Shown here: positions 61,790 to 64,000 of the stretch, one piece after another
Numbering within the stretch: the first letter of the stretch is position 1
Layout of the letters: every line of letters begins with the position of its first letter
Assembly (NCBI RefSeq): GCF_006345805.1
Contig: NC_043009.1
Coordinates: 44,206,001 to 44,270,000 of the forward strand
Direction: 5' to 3'
From: Octopus sinensis
Lineage: Eukaryota
DNA length: 64,000 nucleotides
The notes under the pieces: generated by a model
The model's database searches: none
What the model was told of the DNA's origin: nothing
Seen by the model: the letters and a program-made list of their open reading frames with translations, nothing else
Translations under genes and position numbers: made by a program

Positions 61790-62250
61790 GATAAAGTGAG
61801 TGACGAAAGAGAGCCAAAGCAAGATAGGAGAAAGAGTAGTGGGAAAGAATCAGAATCATTGGAATGAGAGAAAGGAGAGGGAGGAGAGCGAGGGGAGAGA
61901 TAGAAAGCTACATGATAGCTGTCAGCATCTGTGGTGTAGTGGAGGAAGAGAGTGATATGAGGGGGGCAGAATGATAGAAGGTAGAAAAGAGAATGAGGGG
62001 AGAAGAGAGAGTGATGAGAGGGTGATAGAAGAGAGAATGAGGGATGAGAGATAGGTGGGAAGGAGAATGGATGATAGAAAAGAGGAAAGTGCAAATAAGA
62101 GAGAGTGGGTGACAGATGTCAAAAATGAGTGCTAGAGGAGGGAGTAATGTGCAAGAAGATGATGGGTAGTGGTGAGAGAATGGGTGTAATAGATGTCAGT
62201 AATGAAAGATTGGGGTGAGGGTAAAGGGTGGAATTGAATATGGACATGGA
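61790..62250. repeat. Purine-rich (GA-rich) low-complexity tract
   Basis: Strong strand asymmetry (gagagaatgagggagaagagagagtgatgag); CT-rich counterparts at about 23040-23350 and 50050-50520. Confidence 0.75.
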
Positions 62251-62366
62251 TTATGAAACACTATCTTTTATTTATTTTATTTTTACACAAGTGAGTGAGA
62301 GGTAGGAAAGAGAGTAGCGTTTGAGAGGCACATAGAAAAAAGATTTAGTGAATGATAGATGAGAAG

Positions 62367-62387
62367 GAGAGAGAGAGAGAGAGAGAG
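62367..62387. repeat. (GA)n microsatellite
   Basis: Direct reading. Confidence 0.9.
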
Positions 62388-64000
62388 CAGTATATGGAGA
62401 CTTCATGTGATGGTACTAATTGGAAGAGATCCAAAAGTTGATCTTATTTATGTTTGGATCTCTCTCTTACTAATATGTTTATACTTGCTTTGCTGTAAAA
62501 TAGGTACCACAACTACATAGGAATAACTCGGTGTTACAAAGAGAAATAGTACTTAATAATTAGCAAATGGTTCATTAGCGTGTGTTGTTCAATCCCCACT
62601 AGTTTCTTCATCTCAAAGTTATTAAAGTCTACTGCCAAGTGATGGATATTTTTGATTACAAATAATGGAGCAATTCACTCAGTTGTTTGACAGCGACCTG
62701 ATTAACCAAAGATTTAATCAAGCACAAGCAACCTTTTTTGTGAAGTGGGCTGCTTGGGGCATGGCTCATCATGCAGGTCACACTATTAAAAACAAAAAAT
62801 GGTAATTTTTCGTTAAGTGTTCCGTTGAGAAAGTCATGCAGACTGCAGGTTTCACATGACTGATTTAAAACCCTGTAGCAGTCAGATCACTCTGTCAAAT
62901 GTAATGCTTATTTATTCGCATTGTTTTGAATTAATCATGCATTAATCTTGTAGCCTTGAGATTTCAATGATGTGATTGCTTATTTTTACATTGACATAGT
63001 TAGTTAGGTAGGTGGGAGAAGTCTGATCTGACCAGCTTGAACATAAAACAGGTAGAATATATTGGTCCAGATATGACCAGTTTAAATGCCAAAGGGTTAA
63101 ATCATTAGTCCTAGCTGGTTGGATCAATTGGACGTCAACTTATCGCTTGGGTTGGTGGCTTGGATTTTCTTACAGATACTTCTTCAGATTTATAAACTTA
63201 AAATGGCTTCAGTCTTCAAACAAGTACATTTTCAAGGTAACTAGTTATATTTATGTTGCTATACAGACATTACATAGCTTACAGTCCCTTCAGATTTATT
63301 AATCACTGTCATTGTCATACAGCATACATCCATTTTTATGTTTGCATAAATTGGGCAAGTCTTCTCCAACATATTCTTTTTTTTTATCTTCTTTCACTTG
63401 TTTCAGTCATAGAACTGTGGCCTTGCTGGGGCTCCACTATGAAGTGTTTAGTTGAACAAATCACTCTTTCCACTACTAATGCCTTGGTTCACACTTGATC
63501 ATTACTTTGCAATATGAAACATCCCATGCCTCTGATCCTCTTCCCATATAACATTGGCAAACCTCTTGCTTTTGTTTTCCCTCCATGTTACGTACCCCTG
63601 ACATCTATCACTTCTTCTAGTAATCTCATACTTTACCTTACTCCTCTCTTTTCCTCAGTCTTACCAAGCCCGTTTCTTAGATTTTTATGCTCCTTTCTAT
63701 TGTACTATTTTCACACTGTGTCACTGATAAAACCATATGGTCTTCTAATTTCATATCAATATTATTAATAATCCTATCCAGTCAGTTCTTGTGAATCATT
63801 ACAACTTGGAACTATCAAAATCTATTAACCATATTAAACTTTGATGTGAAGGGCAACCTGAGTAAAGACAGCGTTGCTTTTACTTGCTCCTGAGGTGTTT
63901 GCTTGACTGCTTTTGTTATCCTTTTAACTTCACTTCTACATGAAACTAATTTAATTATTTCCACCTCTACTAGAACTACCATCTTAGTTATTTATGTAAA

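Overview
AT-rich, microsatellite- and retroposon-dense animal genomic DNA. The repeat families look cephalopod, most likely Octopus (inference from SINE/RTE/MITE content, not a database hit). One large + strand gene, THOC2 (THO complex subunit 2, TREX mRNA export), spans almost the whole window. I traced 33 phase-consistent coding exons from 5386 to 57623 (4159 nt, about 1386 codons); the first exon was not found and probably lies upstream, and the terminal exon(s) after 57623 are unresolved. Unusual splicing: a GC-AG intron (donor 5534), a U12-type minor intron (26246-28833) and a rare GAG acceptor (44987-44989). Introns hold tRNA-derived SINEs of at least three families, 5'-truncated RTE LINE ends, decayed RTE coding fragments, piggyBac-like, hAT and Tc1/mariner non-autonomous elements, and two long fold-back hairpins. 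The best novel lead is a TSD-flanked hairpin insertion at 55154-55505 whose minus strand folds into a minimal type I hammerhead ribozyme of Penelope-like type with a compensatory G3:C8 core swap; a second, degenerate hammerhead-like relic lies at 38107-38179.
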